DNA from: Camelus ferus
Lineage: Eukaryota
Assembly (NCBI RefSeq): GCF_009834535.1
Contig: NC_045697.1
Location: 39,744,001-39,808,000, forward strand
Length of the DNA stretch: 64,000 bases
Reading direction: 5' to 3'
Shown: piece by piece, positions 1-13,400 of the stretch
Position numbering within the stretch: the first letter of the stretch is position 1
How the letters are laid out: the number at the start of each line of letters is the position of its first letter
The notes under the pieces: model-generated
Seen by the model: only the letters and a program-made list of their open reading frames with translations
Databases searched by the model: none
What the model was told of the DNA's origin: nothing
Program-made: the position numbers and the translations under genes

Positions 1-7
1 GACGAGA

Positions 8-130
8 CTCACTGAGCATTTACTCCACGCCAGCCAGCACCAACTATTACCCTAATCCTCAGAACGATCTTGTGCATAGGGATTACTATCATTACCCCCA
101 TTTTACAGGGAAGGGCTCAGACCCAGAGCT
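8..130 (-). mobile_element. MIR SINE remnant
   Basis: tactgagcatttact...taatcctcagaac...attacccccattttacag MIR core pattern; ends approximate. Confidence 0.6.
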
Positions 131-1045
131 AAAAACAGCATTTGAGAAAGCTTATCCTGGTGGCTCTGTTCAAGATTGCCTAGAGCAGGAAGAGAGGAAG
201 CATCTGATAAAAAGGCAAGCGGATGGCTTTACTCAGACAGGCACAAAGCAAGAACTGCCTCCGCTGATTTAGTGATTGAAAACAGGGGCAGAGAGAGCCC
301 CTCTTTTTGTAATATCGAAAGTCTAACCCAGAAGTTCTAGGGAGAACTCTCAGGCAGATTGATGGGATGGATGAGAACTACCGGACATCTTGCAAAGGGC
401 GACAATATCACAGAGAACATCAGTTTCTCGCCTATTATGTTTCAGAAACTGGAGTTTACAACAGAATTGGAAATAGAGTAACGAAAGCCTTCTGAAGGGA
501 AAGGTAAATGACTTAAAACTTCAAATAATTCACTATATTGAACATTTACGGTGTTCCAAGCATTGTGCTGAGCCCCAGGAATACACAAACATGCACTATG
601 AGGAAAGACAATTTCTTAATTCAGCAATTTCAGAGTACTAAGAGTGCCTATCGTCACAGGCCACCGGCTACCCAGACGATTTCACTACCTTTACGTTCTC
701 TTTTTTTTTTTGAACCTTCTTTCTCTTAAATCTTTGACATCCAAAGACGTCCTAGATGCTGGCTTGACAGTTTTACCTAGTTGGAGTTTTAGTTGTGCTG
801 TTGTTTGCTTGTTTTTGGTAGAGCTGGAGCAGGTACACTGAAGACAGCAAAGACCCTATCATCCCTCAAGTAATCCACTGGCATTTTTATTTGCTGTTAT
901 GTTGAGATGTTCTGTTTGGTGATTTGACAGAAGGAGGTAATTAAATTCTTGTAAAATGAATTTAAAAAATAATGAATGGCTGCACTCCACGATGTAAATA
1001 AGATCTTCGCTGCTTCATCAACACTGTTTAAAGAAGACCTAGGAA

Positions 1046-1148
1046 GGGGGAGGGTACAGCTCAGTGGTAGTGCATGCGATTAGCGATTAGCATGCGAGGT
1101 CCTGGGTTCAATCCCCAGAAACTCCATTAGATAGATAGATAGATAGAC

Positions 1149-1179
<31 letters not shown>

Positions 1180-1228
1180 TACAAACGCTAATTATCTCAC
1201 ACGCACACAAAAAAAAACACAAAAACAA
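1046..1228 (+). mobile_element. tRNA-derived camelid-type (Vic-1-like) SINE with TSD
   Basis: ggggagggtacagctcagtggtag A box, gggttcaatcccc B box, A-rich tail; flanking direct repeat acctaggaa at 1037-1045 and 1229-1237. Confidence 0.85.
1128..1181. repeat. Compound (AGAT)n/(AGAC)n microsatellite inside the SINE linker
   Basis: Directly visible. Confidence 0.95.
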
Positions 1229-1268
1229 ACCTAGGAAGGCACTTAGAGGAATATATGGAAGGGCTCAC

Positions 1269-1439
1269 TTTGAGAGGCTTTTTCAAATCAATATCAGAAT
1301 GAATGCTCAGCTCTCTTAGGGCATCTCCGACAAGGTTGTTCCTGCGAACGTGAAGGACCAGGAAGGGGCTTCTGGCCAGCAGAGGCTCCAAGGTGAGAAG
1401 CATAAAGACATTCTGCAGGTTGGCTCCATTGACCGCCAC
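1269..1439 (-). CDS. HERC3: HERC3 coding exon, 171 nt, [57 protein letters not shown] (HECT N-terminal region)
   Basis: gctgttccag acceptor, AAA|gtgagc donor; LxVRR..L..DLKKPLK is typical of the HECT start. Confidence 0.95.
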
Positions 1440-4400
1440 CTGGAACAGCACATCCAAGAACACAATTACCATTCTGAGTGCACCTGGGAGCAAGGACAGC
1501 AGCAGCCGTGCCTCTGGACCCGGGCGGGGGTGGGGTGGGGGGGTGGGGGCGAGCTGACTGCATCTCCATTTTGTTCTTTGTTTCCCTCCTAACTTTTCCA
1601 GTAGATTTTGTAAGTTACTCATGATTACAAAACATACAAATCTTTCTAATCTGAACCCAAAGAGATTAACTGAAGCACTTTATAAACCATATGATCCATA
1701 ACTCGTTCCAGGAAAATGATTTAGACTAAGCTGATTAAGAGTGGAATAACAGTGCTGTGGAAGAAAGTGAGGATGGAGAGTGGGTAAAAGCCAGCACTTT
1801 CAAAGCGGCAGGCAAAGAAACCTTGCAACCATTTGCTAAGTGGTTTTTATTCTTTGAAAAATGTCCATTTCCTCTGGAGAACTTTGAAGTTGTCATTGTC
1901 ATGGATATATCACTGTGAAAACATATATATATGTATATATATATAGAGAGAGAGAGAGATAGGAGCTACAGAGACACAGAAAGACAGGGAGAGGAAGATG
2001 AATGAAGTTATGTATCCACCAACAGTAGAAACTGGGAGATTTCAATTGCTAATTCACAAATATCTTTGTAGGGCTGTCAAAACCAATTATATTTTACAAC
2101 AAAAATGCATATTTAAAATAAGTTAAACAAATCTCCATAACTTGTATTTCTGTTCAATAAGGAATCACCAGCTCTATTTAATTATCGATCAGGGGCTGGC
2201 AGACAACAGCCCACAGCCAAATCCAGCCTGCTCCATGTTTTTGTACAGCTATTTAGCCAACAATGGTTTTACCTTTTTAAATAGTTGAAAAAAAATAAAA
2301 AGAAGAATATTTCATGCAAAAAATTATACAAAATTCAAATCTCCTGCTATGACAGAGGTGAAATGTTGAGATAGACTGTATGGTGCACAAAGACAAATAT
2401 TTACTATGTGACCCTTTATGAAAACACTTGCCGACCCCCAGTTTATGTAAATGTGCATTCATGTGTATGTGTTATATTCAATATAATATTGCTGAAAATA
2501 TTTCTAATAGTTCTAAAGGTTATCATGGAACATCATCCCAAATAAACTTCCTATTAGGAAAAATTACAACTGGATGTATAAGATGAAAGAAACCCAGTAA
2601 GAAGAGGAAATGACTTTTAAAATAGGTTACCTGCATCTGCAATTCAGCATCAGTCTGCAGCATTTTGGTCTTGGCTTGGGCATCAAAGATAAAAGGGTAG
2701 GAACAAAGTGTAACAGCATCCTGGAATAAAACACATTAGTGGCAACATTATAGCATTTCACAGAGAATACTGCTAGAAAAATACATTAAATAAAGATTTA
2801 AAGGATCATTTACCTGTATTATAGATGGTCTAGCCTTCTGTGTAAAGAAAAATAAAAAGTCTTTTAGTTGGATTGCAAAATGTGAACTTTTTACCCCCCA
2901 CAAAAAACAAAACACGTAATCTGACCATTTGGCCACAGAATTAACACCATTTGAATGGCTGACCTGAATTTTGATAGAATACACCAGATGTTTTGAAGGA
3001 CACAGGCTGAGAAAAACACTAAGAACAATTTTTTTTTTAATTTTAAAGAGGACCTTTTCAAGCCATTTCAACAACTCCACAATTCACAGCATTAATTCTC
3101 GTTTATAAGAAATCTAATTCTAAAACAGGAGCTTTACAACCATGACTTCAGAGACTAATTTTGTTGGGTAAAGTGGATAATGCAAATGTCATTTATGTGT
3201 CAGCAGGTTAAGTTTCCTTTTACACACACCCACACACATGCGCTGTTACTCTTGGGAGAAAATATTTAGAAAGCTGTCCCTGACTTGGCACTTACACCAA
3301 TGCTTGTCCTACCGAAGACACTCTATCAATATGTGAATGAAGTCTGATTAAACTTTTGAGGAAGGAATAACAGCACAGGCACATCTTGCTTTACTGCGTT
3401 TCACATTATTGTGCTTCATTCTTATATGTGCTTATAGTCTTTTTTTTTTTTTAAGACAAATTGAAGTTTTGTGACAAACCTATGTCTTGCAAGACCATCA
3501 GCTCCATTTTTCCAACACCATTTGCTCACTTTTTGTCTCTATGTTACATTTTGGGAACTCTCGCAATATTTCAAGTTTTTTCAGTATTACTACCCTTGTA
3601 TATATGGTGACCTGTGATCAGTGATCTTTGATGTTACTACTGCAAAAAGATTATGACTTGCTGAAGGCTAAGATGATGGTAGCACTTTTTAGCAATAAAG
3701 TATTTTTAATCAAGGTTTGTACATTTTTTAATATAATGCTATTGCACACTTAACAGACTACAGTATAGTGTAAACATAACTGGGAAACAAAAAATTTGTG
3801 TGACTTAATTTACTGTGGTGGTCTGGAACCAAACCCACAATATAATATCTCCGAGATATGCCTATAAATAAAAACCACCACAAACATATCTAAGAGGTGT
3901 GTTGCAAACAGATATCCAAGAGGCGTGTTAGTTTCATTTATCAGGAGAAAAAAGGAAATCTCTTCTGAAAGTTTTTGTTAAGTTAATGAATAATGTTTGC
4001 TACATAACCTAGTAGAAACAAAAGATCAATGGTATAGACCATGTTGACAGGCAGCAATATTTCTCAGACAGAAAACCATGGATTTCTTCTCAGAGATGAG
4101 ATAACTCTATGAAATTTTTTGATTTTGTGGTGTTTTTAAAAAATGATGTCCTAAACAAAATAAAAGCACATTATGAATGACCTCCTTATAATGGTGTGTT
4201 ACCATATAATGTGCATTCATTCTAATGCCTGCACTGGTACCATGTTATACTAAACAGTCCAGGGTAGTAGGGAAAGAAGAAAAGCAGTCTTCCTTTGTAA
4301 GTGATGCTTTCGTGCCCAGGAAAAGGCCAGGGCAGTCCTGGCCCACTGCACTGCATGCATGAAGGTTCAACAGCAGGTGAAAGGACAAAAGAGAGCTGAG

Positions 4401-7400
4401 TCACCCCAGGGTGGCCAGGCCAGGCCGCAGAACGTCCTCGTCACAGTGCAAGCGGGGTTTGCTTGCAGTAAGGCATTCTTGCTCATCACATATAAAGCAG
4501 TGAGGCTAATCTGTGCTTTACTGATTTTAGACTTTTGTTAGTTATTGTACATTTAGCCTGGTTTCCTAATGTTCAAACGCTATAGGAATACGGAGTGTAT
4601 ACCTACCTCCTTTAGTCTTTGTGCATTTCTCAATGAGATTATTTAAAGGCGATTTTGATTAAAATTCACCGTTTATCCTTTAGAAGCAGGTTTCTTCAGG
4701 GACCTTGGAACATTTCCCTAGATTGAAAACACTAATGGGAGAGAGGATTCCAGTCCAGGGAGACAAGGTGTGGAATCCTGCACGAAGAACCCAGAGTGAC
4801 TAGACTCTTTCTCATTCCAATTTATCTGATTGCTGCGAACTTCGGAATTTAAATCACTGAAATAAACACATGCACGCCAAAAAAGCAGCATTCTACCAAG
4901 TTACCTTCTACCGTAGGTACCTACAAAAGGTACAGTATCCTGAGGGAGTGTGTTTAAAACTGGTGCCAACATTCAGGATTTTCTAATCTTCCTCAGAAGA
5001 GAGTTTATTCTAAGCATTATTTGCCTATCCCCAGGGAAAAGAAAAATTTTATACGTGTGTTGGTCTATAAAGCTAGATAAAGTTCTGAGCACTTCAACTG
5101 TGAACGTGTCAATGGGAGAAACGGTAACAGTGACTACAGAAACAGCTGTTGGCACTTCCGCCTCCCAGTGTACAGTCGGCCCTCCTCCACGCGTTCCACG
5201 ACTACAGACTCGCCCAACCTCACATTGAAATACTCGGGGGGGAAAAAGACAATTCCAGAAGGTTCCAGAAAGCAAAACTTGCATTTGCCGTGCACCAGCA
5301 ACTTTTTACATAGCATTTACATTCTATTTACATTTATAGAGCATTTACACCATATTAGGTATTAAAGTAATCAAGAGAAAATTTAAAGTATATGGGAGGA
5401 TGTGCTTAGGTTATATGCAAATAATATACCGTGTATCTATACAAGGGGCCTGAGCATGGAGAATCTGGGTATGGGGCTGAGGCTCCTGGAACCAACCCCC
5501 TATACGATACTGAGGGACAAGTGTACTAGTAGTTTCAAACACTGGCATTTTTGTTGGTGTGATACTGTTATTTCAGACATCAGTCAGCAGCTCTGCCTGT
5601 ATTTCTTGGTTCTCTCCAGTCCCACTCCAGTTCAACTCTCCTGCCACCCTCACCCTGCCACCCCCACCACAAGCCCTCCCAGACCCCTTTAATGCCCACC
5701 TTCTGCAGCTCCCAGTCTGTCCCATAGCCCCTTGCCTGATCCCTACCCACCCCCCAAAGGAGCCCAGTTTGGGGCTGGCTGATCTGTCTTCTGGAGAAGG
5801 AGGAGTCAAGCTGAGGGCAGGGTCACCGTGCTCTCAGTGGGTAGGTTAGTTGGAAAGAAATCCAAAACTGCTGAGTTGGGAACCAGAGCCAAGGCCAGAG
5901 AGCTGGTGGTCCAGGAGACCTTCCCCAGCCTCCGACCCCCGAGCTGCCAGCTCTCAGGAATGTGAAGGAGGGAAGGGTACTCCGTTAAAAGGAGCAACAG
6001 ACCTATATGAAGGTCTATTGACATGTCTACAAACTTTTTATAAGTCTATGAGTTTTTGTATTTGAAATAAAATAATTTAATTTCACTGATTTTTAGTCTG
6101 TAGATGCCAAATATTTCAGAAATGGTATTAGGACTGGTATATCCACGTTACACGAAATAAACCCTGAAATAGCCGTATTATGATTCTGCTTCCTGGCTGC
6201 TCTCCCCAAGCTGGAAGGACGTGCATGCACTGATAAGATATGAGATTCCCCAGCTGAGACACAGCTTGTCCTGGGCCATCCATTCCACAAGTGAGACTTA
6301 CAAACCTAAAACTAACTTTGTACTACTGGTGGACCACATTTCAAGTTTTCCTGCTTAAAATGGGGTTATAACCTTAGTTCATTTTTTTTTGAAATGTATG
6401 AAATAGAAGCAATGAGTAAGTACATGGTACAAAACTAGAGAATTGAGAGTATCTTTTTCTTTTTTTTTTTTTAATTTCAAATCAATGTTTCCTAAATATG
6501 GCGGCGTCCGGGAACAAGAGGCATCGCACAAACACCTGGGGTGCCAGGAAGGAAACACAGGAGCCTTTGCCTTAAGGCCAGCCTGCCACCATGTGTTCCT
6601 GTCCCCTCAGTGGGCAACTCTGGCTCCCAGCAACACCAAATGCTGAGGCAAACACAGCTGCACACCTCACCCAGGCACAATTCTGGTTCCTGGAACCAAA
6701 ACACTGCCCTGTATGACACACACAGTTGACATTACGGTGTCACGTTGACTCTAGTCTTTATTTCTGAAGCATTTCCTTTGCATCACTGACTTTCTCACTT
6801 GTGCTGCCTTCTATGAGAGCCCAAAGCCACTCATTCTACCTGCTCTGGTTTTCAACTGGCAGCTTATTAACTGAAATAAATAAGCCACTACCACCTCTTC
6901 TTTAAAATAAGCAAAAATCAGCCACTTTAGAATTTTCCTTTTGTGCTCCATAGCCCTTTGCATACATGTGTTACGTCCCCTTGTCATTCCTTTTTCACTG
7001 CACAGAACACCCCCAGAAGCAGCCACCACGTCCTGTACTTGCCTCCATCCCTAGGGACTAGCAGGCATGTGACAGTCATTAGGTGCCCAAGACTGCTTAC
7101 CAAAAAATATTATTATATTTATTGTATAATAATAATTATATACTGAGAACTTATTATATGCCAGGCACTAGGTACTCTGGCAAGGAAGGCCTTTCCATGC
7201 TTTCTCTTATTTATAAATGAGGACACTTGCCTAAGGTTACATGGGTAGTAGGCCAGAGGTGAGGCCTGAACCCAGTTCCTTTTGACTAAAGCACATTCTC
7301 TAATCCGTATGCTATACTGACTTCACTACTACCAAGCTAAAGAATTTAACACATAAAAGCCCATTTATTGTAAGATACACACACAATGGAATATTATTCA

Positions 7401-10400
7401 GCCATAAAAAGGCAGTCCTGCCACCTGCAACAACATAGGTGAAATTGAAGGGCATTATGCTAAGTGAAATAAGCTAGACAAAGACAAATAATGTATGATA
7501 TCACTTATATGTGGAATCCGCAAAAAGAAAAAAGAAAAAGAAAGAAAGCCGATGTCATAGGAACAGAAGAATGGTAGTTGCCAGGGATTGGGATAGGGGT
7601 TGGTGGGAAGAGGGGAGGAGACGGAGAGATGTAGGGTATGATCCTTTCAGTTATAAGTCCTAAGGAGCTAATTTACAGCATGGTGACTAAAATTAATAAC
7701 ACAGTATCATATACTGGAAATTTGCTGAGAGCACATCTTAAGCATTCTCAAGACACACACAGAAAAGTTAACTATGTCAGGTGATGGATGTGTTCATTAA
7801 CTTGGTCTCTGTAGTCATTTCACAATGTACATGCATATTAAATCATCACGCTGTACATTTAAATATACAGAATTTGTTGATTATCCCTCAATAAAGCTGG
7901 GGAAAAAATTCACCTATTGTTTATTACTATCATTGAAAAGTGGTTAAGTGTAGAAATAAACCCATGCACATATGGCCAATTAAGTTATGATAAAGGAGGC
8001 AAGATCATACAATGGGAAAAGGATGGTCTTTTCAATAAATGGTGCTGGGAAAACTGGACAGGCACACAAAGGAATGAAATTGGATCATCATGTTACTTAT
8101 CATACATAAAAATTAACTCAAAATGGATTGAAGACTTGAATGTAAGATCTGAAACCATAAAACTCCTAGAAGAAAACACAGGTAGTAAGCAACTTGCCAT
8201 CATTCTTGGCAATGATTTTTTGGATCTGACTTCAAAATCAAAGGCAACAAAAGCAAAAATAAACAAATGGAACTACATCAAACTAAGATCTGATAAGTGG
8301 TTAACAACTAAAATATACAAAGAACTTACAAAACTCAATAGAAAGAAAACAAACAACCCTACTAAAAACTGGGACAGAGAACCTGAACAGACATTTCTCC
8401 AAAAACGACACACAGATGGCAACAGGCGCATGAAAGATGCTCAACATCACTAATCATCAGGGAAATGCAAATTAAAACCACTATGAGATACCACCTCACA
8501 CCTGTCAGAATGGCTATCATCAAAAAGACAAAAAAATAACAACTGTGGGCAAGGACATAGAGAAAAGGCAACCCTCATGCACTGTTGGTGGGAATGTAAA
8601 TTGGTGCAGCCACTATGGAAAACAGTATGGAGACACCTCAAAAAATTAAAAATAGAACTACCATATGATCCAGCCATTCCACTTCTGGGTATTTATCCAA
8701 AGAATACAAAAACACTAATTTAAAAAGATATATGTACCCCCATTGCAGCCTTATTTACAGTAGCCAAGATATGGAAACAACCTAAGTGGCCACAGATGGA
8801 TGAATGGATAAAGAAGATGAGGTGTACATGCACACAATGGAATAATACTCTTGTAACCAAGCGGGACCCTAATGGGGTCTTCCTGGGACAGACCACTCCC
8901 CTATAGCCTCTGCTTCAGCTCCTCTCTGAAGTCCCTGGATAGCAGTACCTGATGCACACTTCCTGAGTTGTTTTGCAGATGTGAAAACCTCCACCAAATG
9001 GAAGAAACTAACTACTTTATGACCATGAGCATGTAGCACCCAGACCTCCTGGAGCCTGAGGACTGATAATGTGACGGTGCACTGTTACTTCACCAGCAAC
9101 CAGTCAGAGAACTGTGCACAAGCTGATCACAAAACCCTGCAACTCCCTTCCCTCACCTGGCCTTTAAAAACGTTTTCCTGAAACCCATCGGGGAGTCTTT
9201 TGAGTACTAGCTGCCCTCAACTCTTTACCTTGTGCCCCGCAATAAATGCTGCACTTTTTTTTTTTCACCCAACCCAGTGTTAGTAGATTGGCTTTACTGC
9301 AGGCAGGTGAGAGGACCCAAGTTTGGTTAGGTAACACTCAGACATAAAAAAGAATGGAATCTTGCCATTTTTGACAACATGAATGGACCTTGCGGGCATC
9401 ATGCTAAGTGAAATAAGTCAGAAAGAGAAAGACAAATACTGTCTGATCTCACTTATATTTGGAATCTAAACAAATAAATCAAATCAAAACAACACAACAA
9501 GCTCCTAGGTAAGAGACAGTTTAGTGGCTGCCACAGGGGAGAGGGGATGGCAGGTGGGCGAAATGGGTCAAAGGTACAAACTTCCAGTTATGAAATAAAT
9601 GAGTCACAGTGATATAACACACAACATGGTAACTACAGTTAATAAAACTGTATCGCATATTTTAGCTGCTAAAGTTGCAAAGAGAGTAAATCTTAAAAGT
9701 TCTCATTACAAGAAAAAAAAATTTTTAACTATGTATGGTAACAGAAAGTAACTAGACTTACTATGGTGATCATTTCACAGGGTATGTGAATATCAAGTCA
9801 CTATGTTATACACTGGAAACTAATATGTTATACGTGTCAATTATATCTAAAAAAAAGTAGTCAGAAAAACAAATTAGTGTATGAAATAGTTTTAGCATTT
9901 TAGGTTAAAATCCAAGAGATCAAAAAATTTGAACTTTTATTTCTACTAGTATTGTATAAAACAGAAAAACTTCCACAGAAGTCATAAAAGGTCACACAGT
10001 AATTTCACCTAATTTTCTATAATAACTCCCTTAACTACTGAAGAGGAGATGAGCATCTGGTATTCAAGATGGTATCATATTTGCTTATCAAATATTAAGA
10101 GGAAGGAACTATAAAAAAGTTATAGAAAGTTGCTCACTTAAGCACCTCCATTCAGAGACCACAGTCATGATAACATATATTTTAACACCAGCAACTTCTT
10201 TTTCAGAGTCAAAAAGAATTAGGGCTCTTTAGAATCATTTTATTCAGCAGCAAATCACAGAAAGGATAGAAGTCAGAAAAACTGGCTTTTATAGCTAATG
10301 GAATTGGTGGAAAAATTGTGTAACTTCTCCAGGCCTCTGTTTTCTCACCTAGAAACAAAGCAGTTGGCTAAATAACTCATAAGGCTTACTTCAGCTCTTA

Positions 10401-13400
10401 ACATTTTATAATTCAGTGAATAATTATTCACAAACTGATAAAACAGAAAAGTCTATCTTTTTAGAATTTCTAAATCAGCAGGTGAAAACAGAGTTCATTG
10501 TTAGCCACCATTTTAAACTTGGCATATAAACCTAATGTTTAGAAGACTCATCCATTTTTTTGAAAAATATTTTGTTTTTTCGAGGTAATTAAAAACCTTA
10601 TTAAAAACCCAGTATGTGTCTAGCATTGATTATCTATTATGTGACAATCTTGCTGAGTTAAATAAACTTATTTAAATACACCTTGCTTTTAGAAATCACT
10701 GCTGACCTCCAAAAGCCCTACAAAAGCCCTGCAGGGAAATATCACCTAAATGTCAGTGATTAATCTGTTAAACTGGCAAGGACTCACCTCCAATGTATCT
10801 GCTGTGCATGGCTTCACTAGACACAATAACCAAATTAACACTCGGTTTTCTGACATCACTCAAATTTACACATAATCCACAGATCGGGGATCCTAAAAAG
10901 CCATGCATATACCCCAAGCCAGTCTGCAATCAAACCGAGGAGCCAAGGCAAAGGTGGCAGGCAAGAGCCCGCCGTTCTAATACACAGGGAGAACAAGGCC
11001 AGGGATGGGTGACATTTTCACACACGTAATCCTGAATCAGAGGTGGCCCGTAGGGTTCAGGCAGCTGACATAAGACGACTAACACAGGCTGGCAGTTAGA
11101 TGATAATTAGCACGTGATCCTTTCCTCAATGTCAAAATCAAGCTACAGTGGTGACTTGGGCACATATAAGCCTCGTTCAAAGAGCCCCCATTGAACCCTA
11201 GCCAACTGGCACCATCTGGGAAGACAGGTCATGTTGCCAGACCTTCCAAGTTTCAAGAAAAGCCAAAAATTCATTTTACATGTCTTGCTTGACTGTTTTA
11301 AACTGTGGCAAAAGACACATAAAGTGCACCAATTTACCATTTTTAAGTGTATAGTTAGGTCATTAGTGTTAACTATATTCATATTATTGTGCAATGGATC
11401 TCCAGAACTTTTTTATCCTGCGAAACTGAAACTCTATACCCATTAAACAACTCCCCATCTCTCCCCAGACCTGGGCAACCACCATTCTACTTTTTGTTTC
11501 TTTGAATTTGACTACTTCAGATAACTTGATTTTTTTTTTTAATGTTGGCAACTAATTAAAATTTATACCATTGTGGGTGACCACCCATTTAGGACTGCTT
11601 CTGACCATTTATGGCCACTCAAAGCACTTCAATATTTCAAGAATGCGCAAGTCAGCCGGTAAAACACAGGTATGGTGCTAACATCAAAGTGAAGGACAAA
11701 TTTTAGACCCCAGATGTGCTTTTCTTGCCCTTATTTGTACTCTGAGAAAAGATGAAAGCTTTAAGATATACTTGCCATGAATTCTTACCATGCCTGCTTG
11801 ATGCAAGAACCACATGAGGTAGTCTTCCTGAATGTCCACGAGATTGGAAATCTCAGGAATGTAAAATGTATCATATTCCACATGCTTCACTTTAAGATTT
11901 ACCTGATGAAGAACAAAACAAGGACAATTAAAACCCAGGCAACTGGAAAGTGGTCCCCATAGAACATCTCATTAGATCATTTTACCCTACTGTCTCCTCA
12001 CCCCTCTCCCCACTGGCTCTTTTCTGTGCTCACCTTGTATAACTTCTCCAAGAGCTTCAGAGCTGCTGTAACATAATTGTTAAACAGTACGGGAATTAAG
12101 AATGTCTTTCTTCCTCTCAGGAGATAAACGACTGCACCTTTATAGAGGTTTACCAGCTTCATGAAATATTTCGGGCATACCTGAGACCACCAGTTATCTT
12201 TAGAAAGAAAGGAAAAACACATTTCAACCTGTAATCTTGATCAAGTATTAATGTCTTCTGCCTACTAGCTAAAAACTGCTGCAGCTAGAAAATAAACATT
12301 AGTCTAAAACACATGCTTCCCAAAACTGAGTTAAAAAAGAGTCCATTAAAGCATTTCTGGAGAAAGCAGCAGCTGTACAAGAACCCCAGAGCTTTTTCAT
12401 AAAGCTGGATCTGATTTTTCTCCTCCCTTGAGGACTCCTTCAAAAGGCTGATCCAGAAGTTCAGTCCCAAGGGTACACATGAACAAGATGCTAAGGCACA
12501 GATCTGGGGCCGGAGCATTCACATATCCCAGTCCTCTCAGCCCTCTGCTCAGCCACCACCTAAGTTCAGCACCACGGATGCCGAGGACCACACACCTCAG
12601 AAGCAGCACCCATACGGCAACTGGTCACTCCTTTCAAGAAGCAACATTAGTTTGAAAAACTACTATTTCTGTTTCTTAGTAAACAATGCTTTCTGATAAC
12701 CAGACAAGAAGACTATACCATTGGTTTCTACTTTGTCAGAAACAAACTCGGTCATACTAACATATTTATAGGATGAAATGATACAATGTCTGAGATTTTT
12801 AAAATACATTCCAGAAAAAATAAAAAGGCGGTGGTAGGGAGAACGGAGGGGGAAAAGGGGCAAAATATTGATTATTAGGAATTTGTGTGATGGCTATCTG
12901 CAGTGTTCTACTTTGGGGGATTCTTTTAATTTAAACTTCTATAATTAGAAGTTAAAAACGAATTAAGTGTAAAACTGAACAATTTTGATCTCTTTATAAT
13001 CCTACCTGGAGAAAGTAAAATTAAAAACCCCCAAACTTAAAAGTCAGGTAATACAGGTAAAATATTCAGAGATTGCCATCTCTATCTCACAGTCTATTAG
13101 AACACCTGGGAAAATACGCCCCAAGGGCTTTTAATCCTAAAAAACATTAAGGACTAATATAGTACTAGTGCTTTCCTGATTATTTCTGTTTGTATATCTT
13201 CTTCAAAGGTGGAAGCAATATGGAAAAGCCAGTATTCCATCCTCAGCAATACAGGTCTCTTTATTCATGGGGAAATCACACTCAAGTAACATCCTAGTCC
13301 ATATGGAACGCAGAAGTTACTGAGCTGCAGTGAATACCTAAAAAAAAATTTACCAAGGCAAAAAAAAAAAAAAAAAAAAAAAAAGGGAAAAGCCAGGTGA

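Noticed and set aside
1..1268. Imprinted NAP1L5 retrogene nested in a HERC3 intron
   Set aside because: No NAP1L5-like ORF or CpG island is visible. It is known to lie in a more 3' intron, which would fall before position 1.
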